From Enoplolaimus lenunculus (lineage: Eukaryota): 64,000 nt of DNA. Position numbers and translations under genes: made by a program. This document shows positions 31,025-44,549 of this stretch, piece after piece (the stretch's first letter is position 1; every line of letters starts with the position of its first letter). The notes beneath the pieces are model-generated. The model made no database searches. It saw only the letters and a list, made by a program, of their open reading frames with translations, and was not told where the DNA came from. The DNA lies in contig JASANG010003711.1 in assembly GCA_030248215.1 (NCBI GenBank), positions 434,001 to 498,000 of the forward strand, read 5' to 3'.

Positions 31025-32284
31025 GTAGAGACGTAAATTGTTTCTAAACGGCAATGCGAAAAAAAAATTAACAGGCTGCTGGCAAAAACGTCCCTACGGG
31101 TGTCCCCCTCACCGTCCTTTTTGTTGCGACCCTGCTTTGAACATCATTTTTATAGTGCAAATTCCAAGAAACAACCATTTCCCAGCTGATTCTCTGGTCC
31201 GTCCGATCGATCTCTTTTCTTTTCAACAGCCATACTAGCGTGGCAAAAAATAAATTTCTCTTTTGCAACTATGCCTAATCAATATGTGAAACTCTCATCG
31301 GGACACACAGCAAGAGACAAGAACAAAAGAAACAACGTGCCGCGCCGCGTACACAACAAACCTTAATGAGTTTCTTTTGGCACAAGAGACGTTGCAGTTT
31401 TGTAGTCGTTGTCGATTTTTGAAGCTATTTTTTAGATAGTGTCGTAAATTACATAGCTACTACCAAAAAATACGATATGATTAATAAAAGTTACAAACCA
31501 ATATTTTGCAACCGGGTGCACGGGTTTGGCAACATATTTCCATTGCGCAAAAATAGACACTTTTTAATAGGTATTGTGTGTTACTCTGTCTTGATTTTCC
31601 AAAAGTAATATTACAAGCTTGCGTCTTTGTGTGTGCGCACAAGAATGGTAGACAAAACTGCCAACGTGATAAATAAATCATACGGTAGTCGTAGAAAACG
31701 TACCAATTTTTTAGATTGTATGTATTGTTGGCCCCGTCCAAGTTGAATATGGTTTACGGATAAAGAAATTTTTTACAAGTTTTAAGACCAAGGCTTTTGA
31801 ACTGTTACATTACAAAGGATATTTAATTGCTTATATAAAATCGTGAAATATTGCAACGGAAACAATCGTAATGATGGAATAAAAGCGAATTAAACATTCC
31901 TGATTGAGCTGTATATTTTAGATTTGAAAACAAAATGTTTTCAATATGAAATAAAACTTAGGGGCATAGTAAACAATATAATTATTTGAGGGCACCGACA
32001 TATTTAAAATACCTACGTAACACAATGTTTTCACATGTATGCAGAGCCGCCGCTAGCGTACTCTTACTCAACCTCTTCAAATATTCCCACTAGACCAATG
32101 TTACTTTAAGAGGCGTACCAGTTGTTTTCAGACCATTTCTTTACTTAGGCTTAAGCTTAGACCGGGACATAGCTAAAGGTTATCCTTACGTTGAGAGATA
32201 GACTTTCAGGATTTGCTTAGAAATATGACTATACTACTGTTACGCCTTTAAATATAAGCATAGGTGTATGTGAGTAATAGTTTT

Positions 32285-32692
32285 TTACGCGCGCTGCGTT
32301 TTACCCGCGGAAATTATATTTTTTGCCCGCGGGTATATATATCCGCGCAAAATTTATTTTCTCGCTACCCGCCTTTACCTGTTCAAAATTCCTTTACTGT
32401 TACTCACCTTTGCCCGTTCTTATTTTTTCTTCTGGGTTCAATAGTATTGTGTATAATTTCACTGTGCATTGATCCTACTAGCTACTTTTCACTCATACGG
32501 TAAAAAGAGTTTGCAAATTCAAGTATTTCTATATTATCTTGTTTCTAGTAGTTTAATGAAAATTTTAGGTGGGTAATGAATAAATATTTACTCGCGCTTT
32601 TAAATTCTTTACCCGCTGGTATCCCGGCGTCATAATTTTCTTACTCGTCCCACGTTTTACCCGCGGGTCGCCGCGGGTAGCGTGCAGCCCTG
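32285..32692. mobile_element. Repeat family with tacccgc/gcgggta motifs
   Basis: Many (t)tacccgc motifs ending ...gcagccctg; similar array at ~46840-47280. Confidence 0.5.
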
Positions 32693-34588
32693 AAACGTTG
32701 GCTTAAACTGTTTTCAACACATCAATACTATTTAACTACAAAATCATACTACAGAAAAAACACTATACATATCATAGTTTGAAAAAATACCGTAAAAATA
32801 TTTGGCAATAATAACTCTTCTCCGAGCAATGTAAAGGCAAATTCTTCGAAAAAATGAGCTGGAAAACGCACATATAAACAGGAAACATTCGGGTAGCGGC
32901 TTGAAATTTGAGAGGTTTAAAACTTGAAGTCGAGCTTTTAAAAAAGATGAACGTCGGAATTTTTTACACTTTTACAGTCGCGTAAATGTGTCAAAAATTT
33001 TCTCTTTTTGTTTTCGGCTTTGCGATGTTATTTTAATTTTTAACGACGGGGTTTTTGGAGTACAATATTAAACCTAAAGCAGGCGCGTTAAAAAATGCAG
33101 TCAAGCAGTTGCATAATTGCCTGACGCTTGCGTTTGAGTGTTGGCAAAATTCATTCAGTGGCGGATTTAGAAAGTTGTGACGTGAAGGACCAGACCTCCG
33201 ATACGATATAAGTGCAAAAACAACTTGCGAGCGAAAAGCGTAAAAACTATACTAAATTTTAACAAAAAATTTTGGTTTCAACTTTGAATTAATGTTAGTG
33301 GCAAAGACCCGTATGTCCGGTCTCGGATCAGCCTGTGTGAACTACAGTGCTTCATCTAATTTTCAGTTGCGAACATTCGGTGTAAAAAAACAATTGCAAC
33401 AAAATTGAAATACCATTAGTTATTTTGAACGGCAAATATTGAAAAATTCATTTTCGAAAGCCGAACGGGGTTCAACAATTCTACACAGCCGCATAAAATT
33501 AACTTTTATTCAAAGACCATTAAAGACAATACTTATTTTATTGCGTTGTCAAAATTGTTTTAAGTTATTTTTTGCTTATATCCCAGTAAAAATTTCAGAT
33601 TTTAACATCAACTGTTAACAAAGTGGTTGCAACATAAGCATCGTCAACGTCTCAAAGCATGTGCCGCAGATCATGAAGCCAACAGACGTGTTTGGCTTTA
33701 CGCTTGTTTTTTTACGAAATCTCGGCATTTTTCCTCAAAATTGTGTCAAAGGTTAAAACGCAACCCACCAACCAGATAGACGTTGCAAATCTATGCAAAA
33801 TTTCACTTCTCAAATTGCTGGCACTTCCGGCAAAACTGCTACCAGAGCCGGAAGTCGATTTTCTGCCGGAGCCGGAGACAGCCCTCCTGTTGTACCCTGC
33901 AGTGGAGCTCATTTCAGTTGAACCTTCACATATTAAACATGTATTGTCGATAGACGCAGTTATGTGTATGTGTTTATGTATACCCGTATTTTGGCTAAAT
34001 TCGACTCTGCTGTGGTGGACAGTGTGAAAGAAATTCAACAAACTTTGGTTCGTAAAATTTTGTTAAGCTTAGAATTTTCAAATGACCAGCTTTTTGCCTC
34101 AGGCATAAGGTCTATTTCTTTGCCGGTAGAGTCTCAGAACCAGACCCCGGATACAAGAAGAAAGGTTAAATTTAAGATTTCAAGATTGTAAAATAATACC
34201 CACAGTAATGTGATTAATTTGGGCTTAGACATCTGCTTAGGCTGTACCAATGCTCTTTATATAAATTGTTACGTATATTTTATTCTGTAACAGGCAAATA
34301 TACAAAATTCAAAGTCAAAGTTGTTACTTTATGCTCATCGGCAACCAGGGTGCAACCGGAATTCTGGTTCCGGTAGGGAAACCCGGTATTATTCACTATC
34401 CGGTTCCGGCAATAATTCTGGTATTTTTTCACCGGAATTTTCCGGTATTTTCGGTATTAAAAATTTTTCTCATCCAAAAATTTAAGAAAAATTGCCATAT
34501 TCTAACTTATATTTTTAAAATTGTCTGATCGTGTATTGCCAAAATTTTCAATTTGTGCCATAATTCATAATTTATTGAACGTTTCCAC

Positions 34589-34968
34589 CAGGGTACAACC
34601 GGAGGTTAAAATAGCGGAGCCGGAGCCGGAGGTCAATAAAGCTTGCCGGAGCCTGAGCCGGAGGTGAAGCTGGAGATGAGGTGAAATTATAGGTAGTTAA
34701 AATAATGTTTAATTTCTTAATTTCAGCAAATATCTGTAATATGTTGTTAAATCGTTTGGTTTTACGGTTATTTATACAAAATCGTGGCAATTCTTTCCTG
34801 AAAATTGTGCCAAATGTTAAATCGAAATACGTTAAACAGATAAATGTTGTAAAACTTGCAAAATTTCATTACCGAAATTGTAGGAACCACAGCCAGAAAC
34901 TCTACCGGAGCTGAAGTGAGCGTTATTGTTTTTCGGTTCCGGTATTTTATAATTCTGGTTGTACCCTG
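34589..34968. mobile_element. hAT-like MITE family C (CAGGGTACAACC termini)
   Basis: TIR cagggtacaacc/ggttgtaccctg with internal gccggagccggagg repeats. Homologs at 33690-33899, 36696-37072 and 60101-60310. Confidence 0.75.
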
Positions 34969-36695
34969 ACGCCAATGTTTCGAACAAAAGCCTAGTATAA
35001 AACCAAATGTGTACCGGGTAAATGATTCCTGCGACTCTAGCAAGCTTTTGCCATGCCAGGGGGAACATCATTCATAAGAGACGACGGCTTTATCATTGGT
35101 AGGTCAACAGTCTCTCTGATTCGTTCGCAGTACCGCAGAAAATACGTACGTTAAGCGTTCCAGCTTTAATTATACAGATACACGTTGATTTCAGAAAACT
35201 TTTGATTTCTGTTCGCTAAAACACTAAACCTTGACTGCTACCAAAATTTCCGGTGGTTCCTGTTTAATTTTTCGTAGTTTTACGCGTAAAAACTGACGAC
35301 CTTGATAAATTATTTAACGCGCAATAAACCCAATAACCACTTACATTCTGCATTTGTATAAAAATGAACCAAAATACTATCTGAAGTCACGTAAACCTTC
35401 AATTCCGACACGAAAAACGAAATGAAAACTTCTCGTTACAACAACGGTAGAAAAAATATTAGCTGTTGTTTTTAAACACAATGATTAAAGTAAATTCAGC
35501 AATATCAACGTTCTCTCGGATAATGTAGCTAAACCCACTTGAGCAAATTATATAAGAGGTTTAATGATAGTTTTGCACGAATTAAAAATTATGTAAATTA
35601 ACCAGTATACGCCAATGTTTCACCTGGTCCAATTAATGTCGTGTGTTTTTGGCATGTTTTTATTAGGTTTGTGTAAAATTAGATATCAGGTTGACCAAAT
35701 TTATATCCGACTATAGCAAATCAGCAACAACCATGAAATGTGTTTTTACTCTAAAATCGATCCTAAAACCAAAACAGTAGAACTTTTAAAATCTAGTATA
35801 TGCAAAAAATGTCACGAAAACAGTGCATTATATAGCGCTTGCGTTCATATGTCATTCTTGGCCATTAAAGTATTAAGGGCACAGATTGTCGTTCAAAAAA
35901 GAGCAGGAGGTCAAAAAATTTTGTCGGAGCTGGATAATATAGCGATTGTATTCAAGTTATAATGTAAAATTTGGTTGAATTTAAGTAGCCATTTTTCTTT
36001 CAAATCGAACACTTTTATGGCACAATTTACTAAACATGATAGTATAATGTAACATAAAATTAAACGGAAAAAACCTTTTATTATAATCTCAGTTGCTCGC
36101 AAAACAGCGACAAAACATTGCAGAAACCGTTAGAAACTGACTTTTCGCACCCTCCCATCTGCGCGAAGGAATACTTGCTAGGGAGGAATCAGTGGTGGAT
36201 CCAGCAAGCTCTGAAATGGGGGACTGCATGAAATATAGGGAACCACTTGTGAGTTTCATTGAATCCGAATATCCGTAATTAAATTTCTATTTCGGATAGC
36301 CGAAACTTTTGGTTTAGAAGAGTGCTAAATAAACACTTGCGTTGGCCACCTGAAATTGAGTTGATTTGGGTAGTCTCGATCCGATTAAACCGCTAACGAG
36401 TTTCGACTCTGATTCCGATTGCACAATCGATCGGAATTTGAATTTTGCAAAATTTAATCATACTTTGGTTGCATAAAAATTCTCTCGATCGCAACATCTA
36501 CACAAACAAAACTACCGTTTTATTTTAAAAATAACAATAATTGATTGTAGTTTAGCTTTACCAAACCAAAAACAATGACAATATGTTGATGCGACGTTTT
36601 TGAAAATTGTCGTAGTTTTGATTCTGATTCCGGTATAATCCAGTTCCGTTTTGCACCCTGCTGCACATGACAATTGATGAAGATTAACACACTAT

Positions 36696-37072
36696 TAGAG
36701 TGCAACCGAAGATGAAACATATCGGAACCAGGGCCGGAGCAGGAGGTCAACGAAATTTGTCGGAGCCGGAGCCGGAGGTGAAGCTGAAGATGAGACGAAA
36801 TTAGGTAGTAAAAATGATGGTTAATTGGTTAATTTTAGCTAATATCTGCAACATTCTGTTAAAAGTTGTTTTATTTTAAGCTTTATTTCCTGAAAATTGT
36901 GACAAAAGTAAAACGAAACGCGCTAAACAGATACATTTTGGAAAATTGTGCAAAATTTTACTACCGAAATTGCCGGAAACTCCGGCAAAAATACTACCGG
37001 AGACGTAGCCGGGGCCTGAGGCCGATTTTCTGTCGGAGATGGAGCCGGAGGCAGACTTCCGGTTGTATCCTG
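36696..37072. mobile_element. hAT-like MITE family C copy
   Basis: tagagtgcaacc...ggttgtatcctg with 8-bp TSD cacactat/cacagtat; collinear with 34589-34968. Confidence 0.78.
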
Positions 37073-39054
37073 CACAGTATATTTAAAGTATATTGCGTGG
37101 CTCCCAAAACAGAAATCCTGGCCACGCCCATGGTAGGTTAGGAGGAGCCAAATTGGCATATGTTTCAATATATTAAGACTAGTGGGTTTTCAAGATTTGG
37201 ACCAATATTACTTTTTAGCAATGTAACAACCGCAAAATATTCCTAAGTTTAGCCTTCTCAGTGTAGTAAACACGAGTGTAAAAGATAGCTTAGCCTTAAA
37301 GTCCCAGGCGAAAAAGGTCGTCTCACTTTTAACGTACTCTATTACGGTCTAGTGAAACGCCGAAACTAACAGATTTAGAGAGAAGGCGGGAGGCGGTGGA
37401 CGCCCCATGTCATAAATTTTTTGCGATAAAATGGTAAGATCCCGCCCTACATTAAGGTCCACCTGATCCCCAGAAAACAGCCGAAACTAGCCCCGCTAGA
37501 ATTGACAAACCCCAGAAACAACTCCAAATATTCCCCAAGAATGAATTGCGGTTATTTTCTTTGCGTTTTCTATTTGTTGCATTAACAGTTTGGCGAAGAT
37601 TATTTACATTGCTTCATTGGCATAAAAGGATTCCGAGATACTTAGACTTTTATTGGAATAGTAATTGATTAACAGTCACGGCAGCTCAATGTGAGCCTAC
37701 GGTGCACCGGTATTTAGGAGTTGCAGTAACTGGAGCGCATAGCGAATAGCCTTCGGGCAGTACTTGGTAGGTAATATATCGAGAATTCTGGGGATGTGTT
37801 AACGGGGTTCTGGGGGATGTTTGGAGTTGTTTTCTGGGGTTGGTCGGTGCTAGTGGGGCTAGTTTCGGCTGGGGGATTGTCACGTTAAAGTTGTCATTTT
37901 GTTTTGGTACGGTGTGAGCTTGTGACTTTTAGTGGATCAACAGGATCGGTGATAGTAGTGGACGTGCCCAAAGCACAAAGCAAAGGAACTTTCAGAACAA
38001 TTATTTGAATAAGGACGGTAGTCTAAGCATTACTTGTATTGTTCCGGTACTCGTGCTTTACTTGTATAGCTTTATACGGTGTTGGGGGAAATAAAATGCG
38101 AAAACTGACTGCATTACTGAATCAGAGCGATTTATAAAGCGGCATTGAAATACGAACCTAGACGCGGAGTTGGAGGTTTCCATACGTATCTGCAATCACG
38201 AACTATTTACAATGCCCATCAACAGTTTTGAGTTGACACGGGTAGTTTTCAAGGTTTGGGGTTTGGTTTACGACTCACTTGTAGGAATATGAGGGAGGTG
38301 CTCTGAGTTTTGGGTCCTCCCGTCTTGTGGAGAATTTGGACCGAGTACACGCGCAGTCTGAAAAAAACAATGGTTGTGCAAATATGCACTGTGGAATTGT
38401 GCTTTAATATTTGTGTTTTGACGTAGGTTCTGGGCCATTTACTTAACCTTCATGACACGTGCAAGTACTAGGGAAAGCCATAGCTAGATGAAAGAGATAC
38501 ACTGATAACTTGGGTGGCATAGAGTGCATGCAGGGGCTCACCCGAAACAACGTTTATCCGAGCATAGTGTCTGTCAAGCTAGCATGGTTTGAAAACGTCA
38601 GGCTCTTGGATTTATTAGCCGACACAGCAGGTACTGGGTGGATTCAAACTTATGTCATTGTTGGATCTGTACGGTATGCGTGACACCTGTTCCAAGTATG
38701 TGTTTTGCCCAAAGTTAAGAACCTCGGCCCTGTTCACTCGGGTCAGGCATGCTGCCACTGCACCATATGGCCGATTGCAACAACTTTAAGCCACGCCGCC
38801 TCACAATCGGCTGCTGAGTTTTCAGGTTTTTATGATTTATAAGAACCTCAACATTACACTCAGTATCTTAATTCTTCCGTGGTTTACTGCTGCTGCATGT
38901 GAAGGCACTGCATATGCATCAGTGTTTTAACCGATGTGCAGCATCAGCGTGAGGTTTTTATATTTTGCTTCCATGCGTCCGCAAGTTATACAACATTCCC
39001 TTGTTTACAAGTTGTCGTCCTGACCGCGTATCCAACATTGAGGTACCGCCGAGG

Positions 39055-39691
39055 GTGGACGGTCAAGGGACGACCTCGTTGCAAATTTGATCATGTAAGC
39101 ATGTGAGACATTGTTGTTCGTTATGTGCAAAAGCAATATAGTGCACTAGTGTACTGTATGTATGCCAGCCGGCAAAATATTTTCGGATCTACACATATAG
39201 CCGACGAGAAAAGTAGTTGGAAGGGTGGGCTACATGACGCAGTGGTATATCTCTTGCCTCTGAATTCTAAGGATTTTAGTTCGAGCCACGCTGTATGCTT
39301 ACATTTCCCGCTGCGTGAAAATAGTTAAAAGGTTGAAGTCTCGGTTCCTACCTAGACTAACATTAGGCCACGCCGCGAGCTGAACACGGGATCCGGTCAA
39401 AAAAAGTGTGGACGGTTCAAGGACGACCTTGTTGAAAAATAAGGCATCTAAATATGTGAGACATGCTTGTCTGTAACGTACACATGCAATATAGTGCAGT
39501 GCATTGTATGTATGCTAGCGGACATTATATCGTCGACGTATAGTCGACGATAGAAGCAGTTGAAAAGGCGGGTTACGTGGCGCAGTGGTAGAGTGCTTGC
39601 CTAGGTTCTATGGTCGCTGTTTCGAAATTACCCGTAACCCGCTTTTCAATCTGTTTAATAAGAACGCCTAAAGTCTTGGTTCCTGCCTAAA
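39055..39691 (+). repeat. Diverged direct repeat (two units, ~353-bp period), each containing a tRNA-like sequence
   Basis: Anchors: gtggacgg..ggacgacct (39055/39408), atgtgagacat, gcaatatagtgca, tgtatgtatgc, cgcagtggta, aagtct.ggttcct.ccta (39337/39671). Confidence 0.85.
39571..39640 (+). pseudogene. tRNA-like sequence (pseudo-tRNA or SINE head)
   Basis: GGTTACG pairs with CGTAACC as an acceptor stem. A box TGGCGCAGTGG, degenerate B box GTTTCGAAAT, TTTT at 39643-39646. The anticodon arm is defective. A second copy at ~39228-39299 has a CTCTGAA loop. Confidence 0.6.
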
Positions 39692-42164
39692 GTGACAATC
39701 TTTTAGAGTTATAAACCGACGATCTGCCACTGAGTTACACAGCCAGCTTCTTGATCCGCATTTGTTGTCGGTTATATTTCGACACGTATACTGTCCGCGT
39801 GTTTTGTACTGACATTTACTCGACGTGTGTCTGGTTGGCGACTGCGAAGTCAAAAGGTCTGCATTCGCTACCAATTCGACATTGATTGACAGGTTTCATT
39901 TTACACATGGAAACAACCATCGCCCCAACTTGACGATAACATGTTTCAGCAATGATTACTAAAGCTGTTTTAGCTGCATTGCTGTCGAACTGTCATTAAA
40001 AATAAATACGTATTATTTTGGTGGTATATATTGGTTGTCGAACGTTGCAGCCTCCTGCGTGTGAATTTGTTCAGGTAAGCTTTGTTAAGTTTCGACTTGC
40101 AAATAGATATAAAATCTCAAAATGGAACTAAAATCTGCTACAATACGAGCAGTTCAATAACAGGAGAGGGCTTTTGCAGGAATTCCGACCTGAACTGGAT
40201 TTGCTGCTGAACAATTTCTGGTATAGGTTTCGGTAGAGCATCTTTAATGAAATTTTGATGCTCGAGATAGTACCGGGCTCTCCATGTAACCTCCCCTACA
40301 CAGCCAAGTTCCCTCACTTACGGCTTGCTCTCAGATGGATGCCTTTCTCAGTTAAAGTGGGCTTAGCTTACTCTTTTGAATAGTATGCAAAATGCACAGT
40401 AGTATGAGTGATGTGAACTCTCTTTTATTACTGAACTGTTTCTTCTTGTATTCTGGCGGAAATTCAATTTCTGTTTGTACTAACATTAGTTAGGAACATA
40501 CTTTGCTTATGTCAGTCGCGATAAGTATAGGTACGTATTTGTTGTTGATCATTCTGAATATATATGTATGATTAAAATGCGTAGTAAACAAAAATACCTG
40601 AGCCTGATGCTTACAAAAGGTGAGGTATGCAGTATATACTTACTTTACAGCATTTAATATTGGGGAATGTGGATTACCGGAGCCGGACGTGATTTTTCTA
40701 CCGCTTCCGGATAGCTGATCAGACGTGGGCTTTACAAAAAACAGATTTACTGGAATAATAAATGTTATTAGTGTTTCAGATCAAAAAGCAATATTCTAAT
40801 TTTATTAACTTTCTAGATTATTTGAGCTTATGAACAACTTGGTAGTGTTGCGTTATATTCTGAAGCAAGGTATTGATATATCGGGTTTTGCAAAATGTAA
40901 GGTTAGGATTCGGCAAGTAACATCAATTCATTAGGATTCGGTAAAATAATGGATTATGTACCACCTTGATAGTATACATTTTACAGATGTTCCGGGTCAA
41001 AGGTCATTTAATTAACTTGTTACGTAACTTTAAATTAATTTTATAAGCGGAATTTCTAGTAGCTTATGCTTTGAATTACCAAGGAGCTTATACTTTTAAT
41101 TAGTACGACAACGAAAGTATGAGACTCGAATACTAAAGCTGAATATATATATATATAACATTGTAAGTTCGTACGTGTTGCTGCAAGTTGTACCGGCATT
41201 TCAAGTGTAGATTCAGGCCCGAGGTCGAGACGCGGGCGTTGGCACAGAGAATCTGCTGCGGGGTACCTCTAATATATTTATTTTTTGGAATTGCACATAT
41301 CTGTTTTTTGTTACTGCGTATTATGTTTTATTGTAACTTTGTCCCGCAACATGAAATAAGGTATATAAACACTTTGCATTTTCTCCGGGGAAGCGAAAGG
41401 AAACGGTGCTGCGCATATGTTGTTGAGTGTCTGACAGCAGATGGTGACAGAACCAAAAACGTAGAAAACCCCAAAAATATGCGAGTCACAAGATTGTATG
41501 CCAAAGATGCGACAAGTAAACGTAGTGAATTAGCAAAATCGTTAAAGTTTTGGTTGCTGATGTCTAACACCCAGGATAAAATAACACCAGGATAAAATAC
41601 GTAACAATTGTTCTTAAATTCTTGAAAGCGAAAAATTTGCAATGGTGAAAAAATAGCGGATTTATCACCGGAACCGGATAGTGAAAAATACCGGATTTTC
41701 CAACCGGAATTGAATTCCGGACTTTTGTACCCCGATTTCATTTTTGTGAAAATTGTGAAGCCGTGCTGTTCAGGAACTGTGCCATATGCGACTCCTCAGA
41801 TCACTCAAGAAAGAACTTTAGAAAGCGGCACGCGGCACCGTACGCCGAGTATAGCGCAACCCTTACAGTGTTGTATCTTTGATATTGTATCGTGCTCTGT
41901 AATAAACTAAAATAGTAGATCACAACAGATAGAAACATATGGGGTTTAGGATGAATCGAAATTAATTTCGCTCGATTTGGCAGTGGCAGTATACCGAGTG
42001 GGTGCTGTTGTATTAAAGTATAGTTTTTAATTTTTCTGAATGGGTCTAAAATATATTGTTCGTTGTTGCGGATGTACAACTCATTTTAACATATATAGTT
42101 GTTTTTTGTGATGTGTGCTTTGGTAACAAAGCAGGGGAGTAGCCATGATTTTATTTCATAGGTG

Positions 42165-42539
42165 TAGGGATGTGCCGATTAATCGGCATCGGTAATAATC
42201 GGCAGTTTTCGCCAGTATCGGTATCGGCATCGGCACTGCAAAATTATTGCCGATTCTTTGACGATACTTTTTGCACACAACAGTCAGTTGGAATGCTACC
42301 TATTTCGTTTCTGGGCGCAGATGAGTGTTTCTGATCAGGAAAACTGTCATCTCGCGTTTGTGTTTGAAAAAATTTATTGAAATGAACTGTAGTTATAAAA
42401 TTTTAATCGTTTATGATGGTTGGAGTTTAAGTTTTTATATAATGATGTAATGTAGTATCCTATTTGTTTATTAAACGTGGTGTACTAAAGTTAGAATCGG
42501 CATCGGTTCGACATCAGCTTTGGTATCAGCACATCGCTA
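42165..42539. mobile_element. MITE with tagggatgtgc/gcacatcgcta ends and (atcggc) motifs
   Basis: 11-bp imperfect TIR plus subterminal atcggcatcgg repeats. Confidence 0.6.
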
Positions 42540-43392
42540 ATGTATAAATTGTATGTAAACCGTTTTGCTGAGAGAGTGTTGACAATACGACAATGTTGTT
42601 AGCTCAACAATCCATTAAGTTATACTAAAGCCTGCTGATCGATTCGTACTGTTTTGTGTCCCCGGATATTTCGAAAAGGGACACATCTCCTGGTCCCGTT
42701 TTGTATATGCCAATGTAATAAAGATAATGTGCATTGGAAATACTGGCTGTCTTAGTTTTGTTCACGAAAGATATATTAATAATTTATTGTTTGAGAGTTG
42801 CTTGGCTGGTTTGTCCGCTAAAAAGATGTGAGTGCCATCTGTTCTATTCGATTCATGTTAGCCGTGTACAAGGCGTGCGCCTCTTTCTATTGAAGTGACT
42901 TTTGGAGTTTTTGTATGTAATTATTGGCTTTTTTAAGTATACGCTTATATTTGTCAATTTTGGAGTTTCAGTGGTTATTACTAGATGAATTTTTGGATAC
43001 GTTCAGCAGTAAGTTACGTACGATTGTTTTAATGAAACTACATGAATTGAGCAAAACTCGCACATCCCTACTACGTTTTTTAATCAGTCTAGTTAAACAG
43101 TCCAACGTTATAAAGCACAAACCTGTAGTTTGGCTCACTTACTTTGTTCTAGTCGTCGATTTCAGTATTACAAGCTTATAAAGCCTAATTATCGAGTAGC
43201 TAACTAATTTGTAAGTGTGGGAATTTTAATTACAATAATATTTAGTCATGTTCGTTAAAATATTCTATATCCCTAGGGTTCACAACACTTAATCGTACAG
43301 GAAACCCGGAGGTATAAGATAATAGTTTTACTGTCACCGCTTGCATACCAAACATTAATTATCAAGGAAGGAACCAAACTGTGAAGAACATA

Positions 43393-43663
43393 TATATCGT
43401 AGGCCAACAATCTGCTATTCAGTCCAATTAATAATTGATCTAGGAAAATTTCCTATTTTATGTAATAGCAGTTTGGCCTGGGCCAAACTGCTATTGAACG
43501 TATAGACCATTGAGATTTGATTGTTTGACAGACATATTATCGTTAACCAATCAACGTTGGACTTCATTCGCTATTTGGCCTAGGCCAATCTGCTATTGGC
43601 CTAGGCCAATCTGCCATTGGCTTCGAAAAGCACATTGGCCTCGGCCAATTGCCCTACGACATA
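43393..43663. mobile_element. MITE built from TTGGCCTAGGCCAA palindromes
   Basis: Ends tatatcgtagg/cctacgacata. Four ttggcctNggccaa units, including hairpin aatagcagtttggcctgggccaaactgctatt. Confidence 0.65.
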
Positions 43664-44070
43664 CATACTATGTTTTTAAACAGAAACCGGAATTCAGGTT
43701 GCACTTTGATATAAGGTTTATATTTGTATGGTAATTTCGTTTCATGCGTCTGTCTATAGATTTTAGATATGTGGGCACTTTTGTTTAATCAAATATATAC
43801 ATCTTTCTGTTTATTAATTTAATGGTTCAAAATCAATGCATATACCTTCACCGAGGTAATTAGGGTCATATTTCTAGATTGCAGTTTCTTATTAAAAATC
43901 GTTTATATGTTTATAAACTACGTAAAGTACAATACGCATTATATTAGCCTGTATATACTTTTTGGTACATACGTGTGTAAGAATGAAATGAAAACTGAGA
44001 GGCGGTTGTGGTCTGCTGCATTTGTTGAAGTTTTGTTTCGGCTAGAAACTGCAGTCTCAGGCTATTTTCT

Positions 44071-44232
44071 CAGGCCCATAGCCAGCTTACCTTGTTGTTA
44101 ATGGGGCTAAAAAATTTTTAGGAGGAACATATAAAAGTTTATTTGACTTGCAAGCAGGTTTGAAAATTTTCTAGGGGGCCAAAATTGTCCAGGGAGGGCT
44201 GAGTCCCATGGCCGACCTTGGGTACGGGTCTG
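44071..44232. mobile_element. hAT-like MITE family D (CAGGCCCGTAGCCA-type)
   Basis: caggcccatagcca...tgggtacgggtctg with TSD tattttct/tatgttct. Related copies at ~17330-17497, ~20451-20620 and ~60850-60985. Confidence 0.72.
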
Positions 44233-44375
44233 TATGTTCTGTACAAACAAAACCATTATGTAGGTGACATATTGTGACGGTAAGTATATAAGTTTGTTGC
44301 GAATGACAAACAAGCAATTTCACCTGGCGTTCAGATTTTTTTCTCTGTGTTTTTATTTTTAATCAATCCTGTTGC

Positions 44376-44549
44376 CACTGGCGGATCCATGGGGGGCCAT
44401 AGCGGCCGTGGGCCCCCCAACAGCATCTCGACAAAAATTATATAGCAATTTTGTGACAATAGTTCGTGGTTTGTGTGTGGGTCAAAAATAAGTTTATTAC
44501 CTGTGAAATTTTTGCCCCCCCACATTTTGAGATCCTGGATCCGCCACTG
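44376..44549. mobile_element. hAT-like MITE family B copy
   Basis: Reverse complement of 25971-26147; TSD cctgttgc/cctgttgt. Confidence 0.85.

Noticed and set aside
38490..38840. Selenoprotein or readthrough ORF with in-frame TGA
   Set aside because: No recognisable family or SECIS element; one stop in a decayed frame is the simpler explanation.
39228..39640. Functional tRNA genes
   Set aside because: Anticodon and T stems do not pair properly; called tRNA-like only.
40180..40380. Faint PEX2-like peptide EFRPELDLLLNNFWYRF
   Set aside because: Followed immediately by a stop with no other supporting exons; likely chance.
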